Shown piece after piece: positions 1 through 9,856 of a stretch of DNA of 64,000 bases. Both the position numbers and the translations under genes were made by a program. Position 1 is the stretch's first letter. Each line of letters begins with the position of its first letter. The stretch is from an uncultured Gammaproteobacteria bacterium (GTDB lineage: Bacteria; Patescibacteriota; Microgenomatia; Levybacterales; GWA1-39-11), in the NCBI GenBank assembly GCA_964472415.1, contig CAYYLC010000001.1:239194-303193 (forward strand), in the 5' to 3' direction. The notes under the pieces are model-generated. The model saw only the letters and a program-made list of their open reading frames with translations, searched no databases and was not told the DNA's origin.

Positions 1-1
1 A

Positions 2-1021
2 ATACAAGGCGTAGATTTTGTAGCCCTAAACACAGATGCTCAAGCGCTCCTAAGAAATAAAGCCACGACAAAACTCCAGATTGGTGAAGGTTTAACCCGT
101 GGTTTAGGATCGGGAGGAAATCCTGATATCGGACGTGCTGCTGCAGAGGAGAGCGTGGAGAAGGTAAAGCAACTCTTGGAAGGGTCAGATATGGTGTTTC
201 TTACTGCTGGTATGGGTGGCGGAACTGGGACGGGTGCGACCTCTATTGTAGCCCAGGCCGCAAAAGAAGCAGGGGCACTTACTATCGCTGTAGTTACGAA
301 GCCTTTTACTTTTGAGGGTGCTCGGAGGAAGGTTTCTGCCGAAGAAGGGATTGAGGAATTAAAAGATAAAGTAGATACGCTTATTACTATTCCGAACCAG
401 AGAATTCTTGAGGCAGTAGACAAGAAGCTTTCTCTTATCGAAGCATTTAAGGTAGCAGATTCAGTGCTTGGGCATGGCGTGAAGGGGATCTCAGATATTA
501 TCACTGTACCAGGACTTATTAATGTAGACTTTGCAGATGTGAAGGCAATTATGAATGAGGCAGGGAGTGCGTTGATGGGAATCGGTGTAGGTGTGGGAGA
601 GAACCGAGCGCAGCTTGCTGCACGTCAAGCAACATCCTCACCACTTTTAGAGGTTTCTATGGATGGTGCGCGGGGTGTTTTGTTTAATATTACCGGAGGT
701 TCTGACATGACGATGCAAGAAGTAGAAGATGCGTCCCGAGTTATTGCAAAATCTGCAGATCCAGATGCGAATATTATTTTTGGAGCTGCGATTAATGAAG
801 AGCTGAAGGATGAAATTCGTATTACGCTGATCGCAACTGGGTTTGATGAGTCACGGGTGAGACTTCAGCAGATGGTCGAGGATACGGTAGAAAGGCATGT
901 ACAAGAAGAATCACAAGAGAAAAATAGTCCTTTTGTGAATAATAATCGGGAAAAGGAACGACAGAAGGAAGAAGATGATGATATCTTTGAAATCCCTGCA
1001 TTTCTCCGGCAGAAGAATTGA
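2..1021 (+). CDS. ftsZ: Cell division GTPase FtsZ (5' end outside window)
   Basis: Frame is open from base 2 ([16 protein letters not shown]...). Contains the GMGGGTGTG tubulin signature, INVDFADV T7 loop and C-terminal [10 protein letters not shown] peptide. Confidence 0.98.
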   Translation: MQGVDFVALNTDAQALLRNKATTKLQIGEGLTRGLGSGGNPDIGRAAAEESVEKVKQLLEGSDMVFLTAGMGGGTGTGATSIVAQAAKEAGALTIAVVTKPFTFEGARRKVSAEEGIEELKDKVDTLITIPNQRILEAVDKKLSLIEAFKVADSVLGHGVKGISDIITVPGLINVDFADVKAIMNEAGSALMGIGVGVGENRAQLAARQATSSPLLEVSMDGARGVLFNITGGSDMTMQEVEDASRVIAKSADPDANIIFGAAINEELKDEIRITLIATGFDESRVRLQQMVEDTVERHVQEESQEKNSPFVNNNREKERQKEEDDDIFEIPAFLRQKN

Positions 1022-1065
1022 TTTTCACTTCATTAGTTAAAACCGTTAGTTTATAATTTCAGAGG

Positions 1066-1728
1066 ATGAGCGATATTCCTTTTAGAGTAATTAAATCAAA
1101 AAGAAGATCCATGGCAATCCAGGTCCTTCGTGATGGTAGTGTTGAAGTTAAAGCTCCGAATTATATTCCTAAGTTTCTCATTACTTCATTTGTGAATAGT
1201 AAGAAGGATTGGATCAATAAAAGGGTAAACTATGTTTTGAAAAACAAGATAGAAGAAAAGAAGTTCCAGGATGGCGAAAAGTTTTTCTATTTAGGTGAAA
1301 CATACTTTTTGAAACTTGGGGACTATACTGAGGTTAAGATTCATGGACAGAATTTCTTGTTTCCAATAGCGCTTGCTTCTAGAGGGAAGATAGTTATGGA
1401 AAAGTGGTATATAAAGCAAGCGAAAGAAGTAATTAGAGATCAGGTAGATTATTGTGCGAAAAAGATGAATGTTACTTATAAAAGTATTTCCTTTTCGGAT
1501 ACGAAATCTAAATGGGGCTCTTGCACGCACGATAATAGATTGCAATTTAATTGGCGATTAGTTCTGGCGCCAATGATAGTTCTGAGATATGTCGTAATAC
1601 ATGAACTTGCTCATACGCAAAACAAGAATCATTCAAGTGATTTTTGGAGAATGGTAAAAAATCATAATCCTTCTTATAAGCAACAGATCAAGTGGCTAAA
1701 AATTCATGGTGAAAACCTTCATATTTAA
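1066..1728 (+). CDS. YgjP/DUF45-family (SprT-like) zinc metallohydrolase
   Basis: KRRSMAIQV N-terminus, KSKWGSC, YVVIHELAH (HExxH), NHSSDFW. Confidence 0.85.
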   Translation: MSDIPFRVIKSKRRSMAIQVLRDGSVEVKAPNYIPKFLITSFVNSKKDWINKRVNYVLKNKIEEKKFQDGEKFFYLGETYFLKLGDYTEVKIHGQNFLFPIALASRGKIVMEKWYIKQAKEVIRDQVDYCAKKMNVTYKSISFSDTKSKWGSCTHDNRLQFNWRLVLAPMIVLRYVVIHELAHTQNKNHSSDFWRMVKNHNPSYKQQIKWLKIHGENLHI

Positions 1729-1756
1729 ATAAGACTGTAAGGGAGAATGGGAGGGG

Positions 1757-3592
1757 TTATATTTTTCCTTGGGAGCGCATTCTTCGTGCTTCTGCTGCGT
1801 CAAGTATTAATTTTCTTATTCTGATATTTTGTGGCGTTATTTCTACGAGTTCGTCGTCTGCAATATATTCTAACGCTTCTTCAAGTCCCATTGTTTTGGG
1901 CGTTTTAAAGTATTCAGAAACTCCCTCACCTTTAGAACGCATATTTGTAAGGTGTTTGGTTTTGCAGACATTTACACTGATGTCATCATTTCGACTATTT
2001 TGTCCTACTACTTGCCCTTTGTAAACAGAAGTGCTGGGGCCAATAAACAAATTACCTCTGTCTTGGATATTTGTAAGTCCGTACATATTTGCCATGCCTG
2101 TCTCGTGTGCTACGAGCGATCCCTGTTCGCGCTCGTGTGTATAGCCACTATCTGGACCATATTCATGAAAAAGCGTATTGATGATTCCCAGGCCTTTTGT
2201 ATCCGTAACAAATTCGCCCCGATAGCCAAAGAGTCCTTTTGAAGATATGATAAAGTCAAGAGATGTAATGCCATTTTCAGCTCGCATGTCTTTTAGCTCT
2301 GCATGTCTTGTTCCCATTTTTTGTATTACAGATCCTGCGTATTCATCGGGCACCTCTATAAATACTTGTTCATATGGAGTCATTTTGCGTCCATCAATTT
2401 CTTTGTCAATTACTTGAGGACGTCCAACTTGAAATTCATATCCTTCTCGTCTCATTCTTTCGATTAGGATTGCTAAGTGTAGTTCTCCACGTCCAGACAC
2501 AATCCAACCTCCTCGCGAATCACTCTCTACGCGAAGTGCCATATCTGTCTCCGTTTCTTTGTAGAGCCGTTCTTCGATTTGTCGTGAGGTTTTAAATTCT
2601 CCCTCTTTTCCAGCAAATGGAGAATTATTTATCATGAATCGAGCGCGGATTGTGGGTTCTTCTATTTTCAGTAATGGGAGTGCTTCTGGAGAATTCGCGT
2701 CTGCGACAGTTTCTCCAATTACCGGATTTGTGATCCCCGCAATGGCAACAATATCCCCAGCTTGTGCTTCCGGTATCTCAGCCTTCCCAAGTCCTGCAAA
2801 CGTCATAAGAGAAGAGATCTTTGCCTTTTTAATTTCTCCTTCTCGGGTTATATGGGATACTTCTTGACCAGTTCTAATTTTTCCGTTATATATTCTTCCT
2901 GTTGCAATTCTTCCTTTATGTGTATCAGAAGAAAGAGTCGTGATGAGCATTTGTAGCGGTTTTTCTGAATCTCCAGTTGGAGGAGGGATTTCTTTTAGAA
3001 TTGTTTCAAATACTGGGGTAATATCTGTCATTTCATCTATTGATTCAGTGAGTCCAGCCTTTCCATTTTTTGCTGATGCATAAATAATAGGGAAGTCTGC
3101 AGTTTTATCATCTGCTCCGAGTTCTAGAAATAAATCAAGAGTTTTATCCAGCACATGGTTAATTCTTGCATCTGGTTTATCTATTTTATTTACAACAACA
3201 ATTATCTTGTGCTTCATCTCAAGTGCTTTTTTTAAAACAAATCTTGTTTGAGGCATTGGTCCCTCTTTCGCATCAACCAATAGTAAACAGCCATCGGCCA
3301 TTTTCAGGACACGCTCAACTTCTCCTCCAAAGTCTGCGTGGCCAGGAGTATCAATAATATTAATCTTGACCCCCTCTTCATTTGGTGAAGTAGGATTATT
3401 CCATATGACTGAAGCATTTTTGGAAAAAATTGTAATTCCTCGCTCACGCTCAAGCTCATTATTGTCCATTATCAATGTTTCCGCTGTGTCTTTGTGCATC
3501 TCAGTTTTTGACTGTGTGAGAAGTGCATCAACGAGCGTTGTCTTTCCATGGTCAACGTGAGCTATGATTGCGATATTCCGTATATTGTTCAT
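1757..3592 (-). CDS. typA: Translational GTPase TypA/BipA
   Basis: IRNIAIIAHVDHGKTTLVD, DTPGHADFGGEVERVL, GRGELHL, ELVEITP. Confidence 0.97.
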   Translation of the reverse strand: MNNIRNIAIIAHVDHGKTTLVDALLTQSKTEMHKDTAETLIMDNNELERERGITIFSKNASVIWNNPTSPNEEGVKINIIDTPGHADFGGEVERVLKMADGCLLLVDAKEGPMPQTRFVLKKALEMKHKIIVVVNKIDKPDARINHVLDKTLDLFLELGADDKTADFPIIYASAKNGKAGLTESIDEMTDITPVFETILKEIPPPTGDSEKPLQMLITTLSSDTHKGRIATGRIYNGKIRTGQEVSHITREGEIKKAKISSLMTFAGLGKAEIPEAQAGDIVAIAGITNPVIGETVADANSPEALPLLKIEEPTIRARFMINNSPFAGKEGEFKTSRQIEERLYKETETDMALRVESDSRGGWIVSGRGELHLAILIERMRREGYEFQVGRPQVIDKEIDGRKMTPYEQVFIEVPDEYAGSVIQKMGTRHAELKDMRAENGITSLDFIISSKGLFGYRGEFVTDTKGLGIINTLFHEYGPDSGYTHEREQGSLVAHETGMANMYGLTNIQDRGNLFIGPSTSVYKGQVVGQNSRNDDISVNVCKTKHLTNMRSKGEGVSEYFKTPKTMGLEEALEYIADDELVEITPQNIRIRKLILDAAEARRMRSQGKI

Positions 3593-3629
3593 AAAAAAAA
3601 CCGCCTATCGTGCGGTCTATATTATTATA
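3593..3629 (-). promoter_or_regulatory. typA -10 box and short leader with hairpin + U-tract
   Basis: Minus strand reads TATAAT (3629-3624), then ACCGC-ACGATAG-GCGGT, then a T run directly before ATG. Confidence 0.55.
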
Positions 3630-3702
3630 ACAGAATCCTATAGAAAATGTAAAAAGAATTTGTGTTTGAACTTAAAGCATTACTTCACTATAATATCTTC
3701 AT

Positions 3703-6513
3703 ATGTTTAAGCCTATAGATCCAAAAATAACGTTCCCCGAAATAGAGGAAAAAATAATCAACTACTGGAAGAAAAATAAGATTTTTGAAAAGTCTGTTGA
3801 CCGTGATTATGAAGGTCGTAAATGGACTTTTCTGGATGGTCCACCTTTTGTGACGGGTATGCCTCATTATGGAAGTTTACTGTCCTCACTTCCAAAGGAT
3901 GTTTTCGGGAGATATTGGACGATGAAGGGATATAGAGTGCGTCGTGTTTGGGGTTGGGATGGTCATGGATTGCCAATAGAGAATAAGGTGGAGAATAAGC
4001 TTAATGTAAAGCGGAAGAAAGATATCGAAAATATTGTAGGGGTCGATACATTTATTGAAGAATGTAGGAAATACGTAGAAGAAATATCTGATGAATGGGA
4101 GTGGTATGTGGAGCATATAGGACGCTGGGTAGATTTTAAAAACGCATACAAGACGTGGGATACGGATTATATGGAGTCAGTTATGTGGGTTTTTAAAAGT
4201 CTGTATGAAAAGGGGCATATTTACAAAGGGCTCCGAATAGGGCTTTATTGCCCACACTGTTCAACTCCAATTTCAAATTTTGAAGTTGCGATGGATGCTG
4301 AGAATTACAAAGAGATTTCAGATTTTGCAACTACATATAAATATAAATTAGAAAATGAAGAAAATACATTTATCCTCGCGTGGTCTACAACGCCATGGAA
4401 TAAAATAGTAACTCCAGTCTTAGCGATAAACCCAAAACTTACCTATGTAAAAGTAAAACAAGATAATGAGCTGTATGTTCTTGCGGAAACCACTACAAAG
4501 ATTCTTGGAGATGAAAGTACCTATGAAGTGGTTGAAGAATTTACGGGTGAAGCGTTGCTAGGTAAAAAATTTGAGCCACATTATGATTATTATAAAAAGA
4601 AGGCAGAGGATTCTGAGAAGCTATTTGAAATAGTTGGAGGGGATTTTGTAAGTGCTGAAGAGGGAACAGGAGTGGTGACGATTGCAGCTTATGGAGAGGA
4701 AGATCTTAAGCTCATGAGAGAACAGGATATCCATATAGAATTGCATCTTGATGAAGAGGGGGTAGTGAAGGATGAAGTCCCAGTTTTTTCTGGTATGTAT
4801 TATTTGAAGGCAAGCAAAGCAGTCAATGAAGATCTTAAAAAGCGCAATCTTGTTTATAGGGATGAACAAAAGGTTCACAGTGTGCCACTTTGTTGGAGAT
4901 GTCACACTCGACTCTACTATGCACCACTAGATGCCTGGTTTGTGAATGTTCAGAGTCTTAAAGAGAGGCTCAAGAAAACGAATGAAGACATTAATTGGTA
5001 TCCAAAGCATTTTAAGCATGGACGTTTTTTGAAAAGTTTGGAGAATGCGCCAGACTGGAATATTTCTCGCAACAGATATTGGGGGAGCCCTGTTCCGGTA
5101 TGGGAGTGTTCTTGCGGGAATAGAATAGTGACCGGATCTATAGTTGAAATCGAAGAATTAAGTGGAAAAAGAGTAAAAGATTTGCACAAACCAGAAATTG
5201 ACGAAATAGAACTTATGTGCAACAAATGTGGTCAATATGCAAAAAGAGTACCAGAAGTACTCGATAGTTGGATTGAGGCTGGTAGCGCATCTTTTGCAGA
5301 GCGGCACTTTCCTTTTTCGGGTGAAAATCTTAATGATTTCTTTCCTCCGGATTTTATAGCAGAATATACGGGACAAATTCGTGCATGGTTTTATGTGCTC
5401 CATGTGATAGGAGGAGCGTTGTATGATTCAAAGGCATTCAAAAATGTACTGGTTGAAGGTGTGGTTTTAGGAAGCGATGGCCGCAAAATGAGTAAAAACT
5501 TCGGAAATTATCCAGACCCAAAGAAAATGTTACAAAAATATGGCGGGGATGCATTGCGATTGTATCTTTTGGGGAGTAATGTAATGCACGGTGAGGATAT
5601 AAGAATTTCAGAAGATGATTATCGTGATCAAGTACGTGGAAGTATGCTTATTTTGTGGAATGTTTATAACTTTTTTATTTCAAACGCGATTCTTCAAAAT
5701 TGGCAACACGGTGAGGATATAAAATCCTCAAATATTTTAGATGTGTGGATTTTGAGCAGATGCGAACAATTGAGGAATTCGGTAACCGTTGCATTTGATG
5801 TATATGATACGGTTATTGCTATTCAGGAAATTAAAGCTTTTATTTCAGATTTTTCGACGTGGTATATACGTCGCAGTAGGGAGAGGCTGTACAGTGAAGA
5901 AAAAGCCGATATAGCAGCATTCTTTGCGACTACGCATGATGTTCTTGTGAAGTTGTCCAAATTAATTTCTCCCATCATGCCGTTCTTATCAGAAGAAATG
6001 TATAGAAATTTAACAAATAGGGAGTCTGTACACCTTACATCTTGGCCTGCGGAGAATAAGAGATCAATCGATGAAGCGCTGGAAAGTGAGATGGAGATTG
6101 CACGACAGGTTGTAGAAGTTGCACATTTTGAGCGCAGAAAAGCACAGATTAAGATTCGGCAACCGCTTGCGAGTCTCGAATTGACGCTTGATGGTACATT
6201 GACCTCAGAAATTCAAGAGATAATAGGCTCTGAAGTAAACGTAAAAAAGCTTAATATAAAAAAGGGCAATGCATTAAAGGTGGTGCTTGATACTGAAATT
6301 ACGGAAGAACTGAGGGACGAAGGAAAGGCTCGAGAAATAATCAGAAATATTCAGCAGACACGAAAAAAACTTGGTACTCATAGGGAAGAATTTATTGATG
6401 TGTATATCCAATCTTTTCCTCAGAGGTTTGAAAATGAGATAAAAAAGCGTGCGCTTGTCCGAGATATTATTATTTCCGATGAATTCAAGATAGCACGTAT
6501 CGATGAGCAATAA
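3703..6513 (+). CDS. ileS: Isoleucine--tRNA ligase (type 2 architecture)
   Basis: DGPPFVTGMPHYG, GWDGHGLPIE, DWNISRNRYWG, KMSK, and a type-2-like C-terminus (EGKAREIIRNIQQTRK). Confidence 0.96.
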   Translation: MFKPIDPKITFPEIEEKIINYWKKNKIFEKSVDRDYEGRKWTFLDGPPFVTGMPHYGSLLSSLPKDVFGRYWTMKGYRVRRVWGWDGHGLPIENKVENKLNVKRKKDIENIVGVDTFIEECRKYVEEISDEWEWYVEHIGRWVDFKNAYKTWDTDYMESVMWVFKSLYEKGHIYKGLRIGLYCPHCSTPISNFEVAMDAENYKEISDFATTYKYKLENEENTFILAWSTTPWNKIVTPVLAINPKLTYVKVKQDNELYVLAETTTKILGDESTYEVVEEFTGEALLGKKFEPHYDYYKKKAEDSEKLFEIVGGDFVSAEEGTGVVTIAAYGEEDLKLMREQDIHIELHLDEEGVVKDEVPVFSGMYYLKASKAVNEDLKKRNLVYRDEQKVHSVPLCWRCHTRLYYAPLDAWFVNVQSLKERLKKTNEDINWYPKHFKHGRFLKSLENAPDWNISRNRYWGSPVPVWECSCGNRIVTGSIVEIEELSGKRVKDLHKPEIDEIELMCNKCGQYAKRVPEVLDSWIEAGSASFAERHFPFSGENLNDFFPPDFIAEYTGQIRAWFYVLHVIGGALYDSKAFKNVLVEGVVLGSDGRKMSKNFGNYPDPKKMLQKYGGDALRLYLLGSNVMHGEDIRISEDDYRDQVRGSMLILWNVYNFFISNAILQNWQHGEDIKSSNILDVWILSRCEQLRNSVTVAFDVYDTVIAIQEIKAFISDFSTWYIRRSRERLYSEEKADIAAFFATTHDVLVKLSKLISPIMPFLSEEMYRNLTNRESVHLTSWPAENKRSIDEALESEMEIARQVVEVAHFERRKAQIKIRQPLASLELTLDGTLTSEIQEIIGSEVNVKKLNIKKGNALKVVLDTEITEELRDEGKAREIIRNIQQTRKKLGTHREEFIDVYIQSFPQRFENEIKKRALVRDIIISDEFKIARIDEQ

Positions 6514-7597
6514 TAGTCTATTGAGCTTTTTTGGGAGAATTGATTTACTGATATTAATTCCGGCATTATTTTTAGTACTGATCAGTCTTTCAACACTTCT
6601 CTCTATAAGTCCTGCATATTTTAGACAGCAAATAGTAGCTTTAGTGTTGGGGCTCGTTGGATTCTTGATTTTTACTCGTATTGATTTAAGCCTTTTATCT
6701 TACCTTTCAAAATTTCTTTATGGAGGTATGCTTTTTTTATTAGTGCTGGTTCTATTGTTTGGGGTAACGGTAAATGCGGCAAAAAGTTGGTTTGATATTT
6801 TTGGTATGAGTATTCAGGCCTCGGAGATTATCAAACCATTTTTTCTCATTGTTCTTGCGACGTTTTTGACTCAAAAAATCGGAAAGAGAATATATCGTTT
6901 TTTAGGAGCATTACTTATCACATTTCCAGTTTTTTTTCTTATCTATCAGCAGCCTGATTTGGGGACGGGGATTGTATATATTGCTGCTTCTTTAATGGTA
7001 ATATTTCTTGCCGGTTTCCCATTGCGATATATTTTACTTACTGTGGTAGGTACCAGTATCATAATTCCAATACTGTTCTTTTTTTTGCAGGATTATCAAA
7101 AGCAGCGAATCCTCACATTTTTTGATGTTACGAGTGATCCTACTGGTGCTTCATATAACGCTATCCAATCACTTATTTCTATCGGGAGTGGTGGTTTTTT
7201 CGGGAAAGGATTTGGGCAAGGGACACAGTCTTTGTTGCGATTTCTGCCTGAACAGCAGACAGATTTTATTTTCGCAACGATTTCTGAAGATTTAGGCTTT
7301 ATAGGCTCATTTATCGTACTGTGCTTATTTGGAATTTTGCTATATCGAATATATAAAGTAGCAATCTCAACGGAGAGTGCATATCAATATCTTGTATGCA
7401 TGGGAGTATTTGCGATATTCTTCTTTCAGATACTATTTAACGTTGGGATGAATCTAGGACTTATGCCGATTATTGGGATTACATTGCCATTTGTTTCATT
7501 AGGAGGAAGCTCATTATTAGCAAGTTTTATTGCGCTCGGAATGATTTCTGGAATTTCAAAAGACAATAAAAAGCATCAATCTATGGAAATAGCGTAA
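6503..7597 (+). CDS. rodA: SEDS peptidoglycan glycosyltransferase RodA/FtsW
   Basis: Multi-TM protein with AKSWF, QASEIIK, QPDLGT, FLPEQQTDFIF, LPFVSLGGSSL. Confidence 0.9.
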   Translation: MSNNSLLSFFGRIDLLILIPALFLVLISLSTLLSISPAYFRQQIVALVLGLVGFLIFTRIDLSLLSYLSKFLYGGMLFLLVLVLLFGVTVNAAKSWFDIFGMSIQASEIIKPFFLIVLATFLTQKIGKRIYRFLGALLITFPVFFLIYQQPDLGTGIVYIAASLMVIFLAGFPLRYILLTVVGTSIIIPILFFFLQDYQKQRILTFFDVTSDPTGASYNAIQSLISIGSGGFFGKGFGQGTQSLLRFLPEQQTDFIFATISEDLGFIGSFIVLCLFGILLYRIYKVAISTESAYQYLVCMGVFAIFFFQILFNVGMNLGLMPIIGITLPFVSLGGSSLLASFIALGMISGISKDNKKHQSMEIA

Positions 7598-7620
7598 TTT
7601 TTTTGCTACAATATGTGACT

Positions 7621-7953
7621 ATGAGTTACGCAGTTATTAAATCTGGAGGAAAACAGCATACTGTTCGTGCAAATGAAAGCTTTATTACAGACAAGCTTTC
7701 AGGGAAAGCGGGAGATAAAATTACCTTTGATGAGGTTCTTTTGTATGTTGATGGAGATAATGCAAAGCTGGGTATGCCATTTGTATCTGGTGTAACGGTC
7801 GAAGGTAGGATAGTTGAACAGACTCGCGGAGAAAAGATTCGTGTAGCAAAATTTAAGGCAAAATCTCGATATCGAAAGGTGCGAGGATTTCGTGCAGAAT
7901 TGACTGAGGTTATGATAGAATCTATTAAGGCAAATAAGAAAGGGGAAAAATAA
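7621..7953 (+). CDS. rplU: 50S ribosomal protein L21
   Basis: YAVIKSGGKQH...KFKAKSRYRKVRGFR. ATG 7621 is preferred (TACAAT 8 nt upstream). Confidence 0.95.
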   Translation: MSYAVIKSGGKQHTVRANESFITDKLSGKAGDKITFDEVLLYVDGDNAKLGMPFVSGVTVEGRIVEQTRGEKIRVAKFKAKSRYRKVRGFRAELTEVMIESIKANKKGEK

Positions 7954-8199
7954 ATGGCACATACAAAATCACAAGGAGCAGTCAAGGGAAACCGCGATTC
8001 GATTGCAAAGAGGCTTGGAGTTAAGATATATGGCGGCTCTCGAGTAGCTGCGGGAAATATTATCATTCGACAGAGGGGAACAAAATTTGGGTCAGGTGCT
8101 GGAACTTCTTTGGGGAGCGATTACACGATTTTTGCATTGAGAGATGGAATTGTAAATTTCATAACGCGACGTGGTAAAAAAATAGTGGAGGTAATATAA
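7954..8199 (+). CDS. rpmA: 50S ribosomal protein L27
   Basis: [31 protein letters not shown]; directly after rplU. Confidence 0.97.
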   Translation: MAHTKSQGAVKGNRDSIAKRLGVKIYGGSRVAAGNIIIRQRGTKFGSGAGTSLGSDYTIFALRDGIVNFITRRGKKIVEVI

Positions 8200-8200
8200 A

Positions 8201-9010
8201 ATGGCAGAAACGAAAGTAGTAGATCTGGAACTTACAATGCTTCAGCCTAACCCTCTTCAGCCACGAGGCCTCATATCTCCAGAGTCTCTTACAGATTTAG
8301 TAAATTCTATTCGCGAACAAGGAATACTTGAGCCTATTGTGGTAGCTGATACTCCTGCTGGTTATCAGATTATTGCTGGAGAGAGGCGTTGGAGAGCTGC
8401 AAAGATCTTGGGATTAGAGTTCGTTCCGGTTATTGTAAAGCAGACCACTCCTCAACAAATGCTTGAGATGTCTATTGTAGAGAATGTTCAGCGTGAGGAT
8501 TTAAATCCTATTGAGCGGGCACAGGCGTATAAGCGACTTATTGATGAATTTAATTTATCAGTTACTGAAGTGGCAAAACGAGTGGGTAAGAGTCTTCCAT
8601 ATATTTCTAACAGTATTCGGCTTTTAACGCTTCCTGACGCAATAAAAGATGCTTTGGCTGCCGGAGTTATCTCTGAGGGACACGTAAGGCCACTTATCTC
8701 AATCGGCGATCCCAAGCTCATGCTTCAGGCGTTTAGAAAGATACTCGTAGAGGGGATTAGTGTGAGAGGTGCTGAGGATGTTGCTCGACAAGTAAAAGCT
8801 GAGGTTCAGAAGAAAGAGCCTCAAAAAAGAGCCGATAGAATCTATATCCCAGAACAAGAAGAGATGGCAAAAACCTTGAGCCAAAGGCATGGGTGGAATG
8901 TGAAGTTTGATCAGTCCGGCGTGAATGGAAGAATTACTATCGTAATTAAGGGTGATCAAGGGAAAACAACTGAAGAATTGAAGAGGATTTATGAAAGATT
9001 AATTAGCTAG
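8201..9010 (+). CDS. parB: ParB/Spo0J partitioning protein
   Basis: NPLQPR, GILEPIVV, IIAGERRWRAA, ENVQREDLNPIE and an HTH. Confidence 0.92.
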   Translation: MAETKVVDLELTMLQPNPLQPRGLISPESLTDLVNSIREQGILEPIVVADTPAGYQIIAGERRWRAAKILGLEFVPVIVKQTTPQQMLEMSIVENVQREDLNPIERAQAYKRLIDEFNLSVTEVAKRVGKSLPYISNSIRLLTLPDAIKDALAAGVISEGHVRPLISIGDPKLMLQAFRKILVEGISVRGAEDVARQVKAEVQKKEPQKRADRIYIPEQEEMAKTLSQRHGWNVKFDQSGVNGRITIVIKGDQGKTTEELKRIYERLIS

Positions 9011-9570
9011 GGAATAATCTCTGCGTGATCTACAGCTCTAAAACTTCCGATCGGCCAGTATACAAAGAATGATCTGCCAATAACTTCATCTTCAGATACA
9101 AATCCCCATTCTCGAGAGTCAGAACTATTTGAACGATTATCTCCCATTACAAAATAATTCCCCTCAGGAACTGTTATTTGTGCTCCTTCATTTAAAAAGC
9201 TTCCTCCAGCGGTAATATAATTTGATGGTAAGTAGTTTTCATTGAGCATTTTTCCGTTTAAATATACTTCTCCATTGCTGACAGATACTGTATCGCCGTG
9301 AATTCCGATAATTCGTTTAATAAAATCTTTATCGTTTTCAGTGGGAGCGTGAAATACTATAACATCACCGCGATCGTATGTGGAGATCCTTTTCGAAATG
9401 AGGTCTGTAAGGACATATTCGCCGTTATCAAAATTTGGATACATGGAGAGGCCGTTTACCTGGTATGGACGAAATAGAAATGCATAGACTACAACAAAAA
9501 TTGCCCCAGCTATAACCAGTGTTTGGATGAGATCAAAGAGAATATAGTAGATTTTTCGGACCACAAACAT
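9007..9570 (-). CDS. lepB: Signal peptidase I
   Basis: N-terminal TM, GLSMYP (catalytic Ser), FIKRIIG (Lys), MGDNRSNSSDSR. Confidence 0.95.
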   Translation of the reverse strand: MFVVRKIYYILFDLIQTLVIAGAIFVVVYAFLFRPYQVNGLSMYPNFDNGEYVLTDLISKRISTYDRGDVIVFHAPTENDKDFIKRIIGIHGDTVSVSNGEVYLNGKMLNENYLPSNYITAGGSFLNEGAQITVPEGNYFVMGDNRSNSSDSREWGFVSEDEVIGRSFFVYWPIGSFRAVDHAEIIP

Positions 9571-9856
9571 ATCTGTATATTCTCTCGTTTCAGATGGTGT
9601 TTGTCAATAACGCATAGTAAAGCACAGGGTTATTTGATAGAATTGATTATAGCGTATAGATAGACATACTATGAATTAGTTTGATAGTTCTTAATAGTCA
9701 CTGATCTTAGGATTGAGTTAGCAGTTAATTGATTGGAGTGATAATATAGTATAAAAAGTGATTTGTGTTGATTTATCAATCTAAATTGAAATATCCAGTA
9801 ATTAAGTGGCGAGTATCTTACTATATCAAACAGTATAAAACAACCATTTTTAATTT

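Noticed and set aside
40-504. 154-aa minus-strand ORF and the many similar short antisense ORFs over atpA, dnaE, gatA, the P-type ATPase and others
   Set aside because: They lie opposite well-supported genes and have shadow-like composition.
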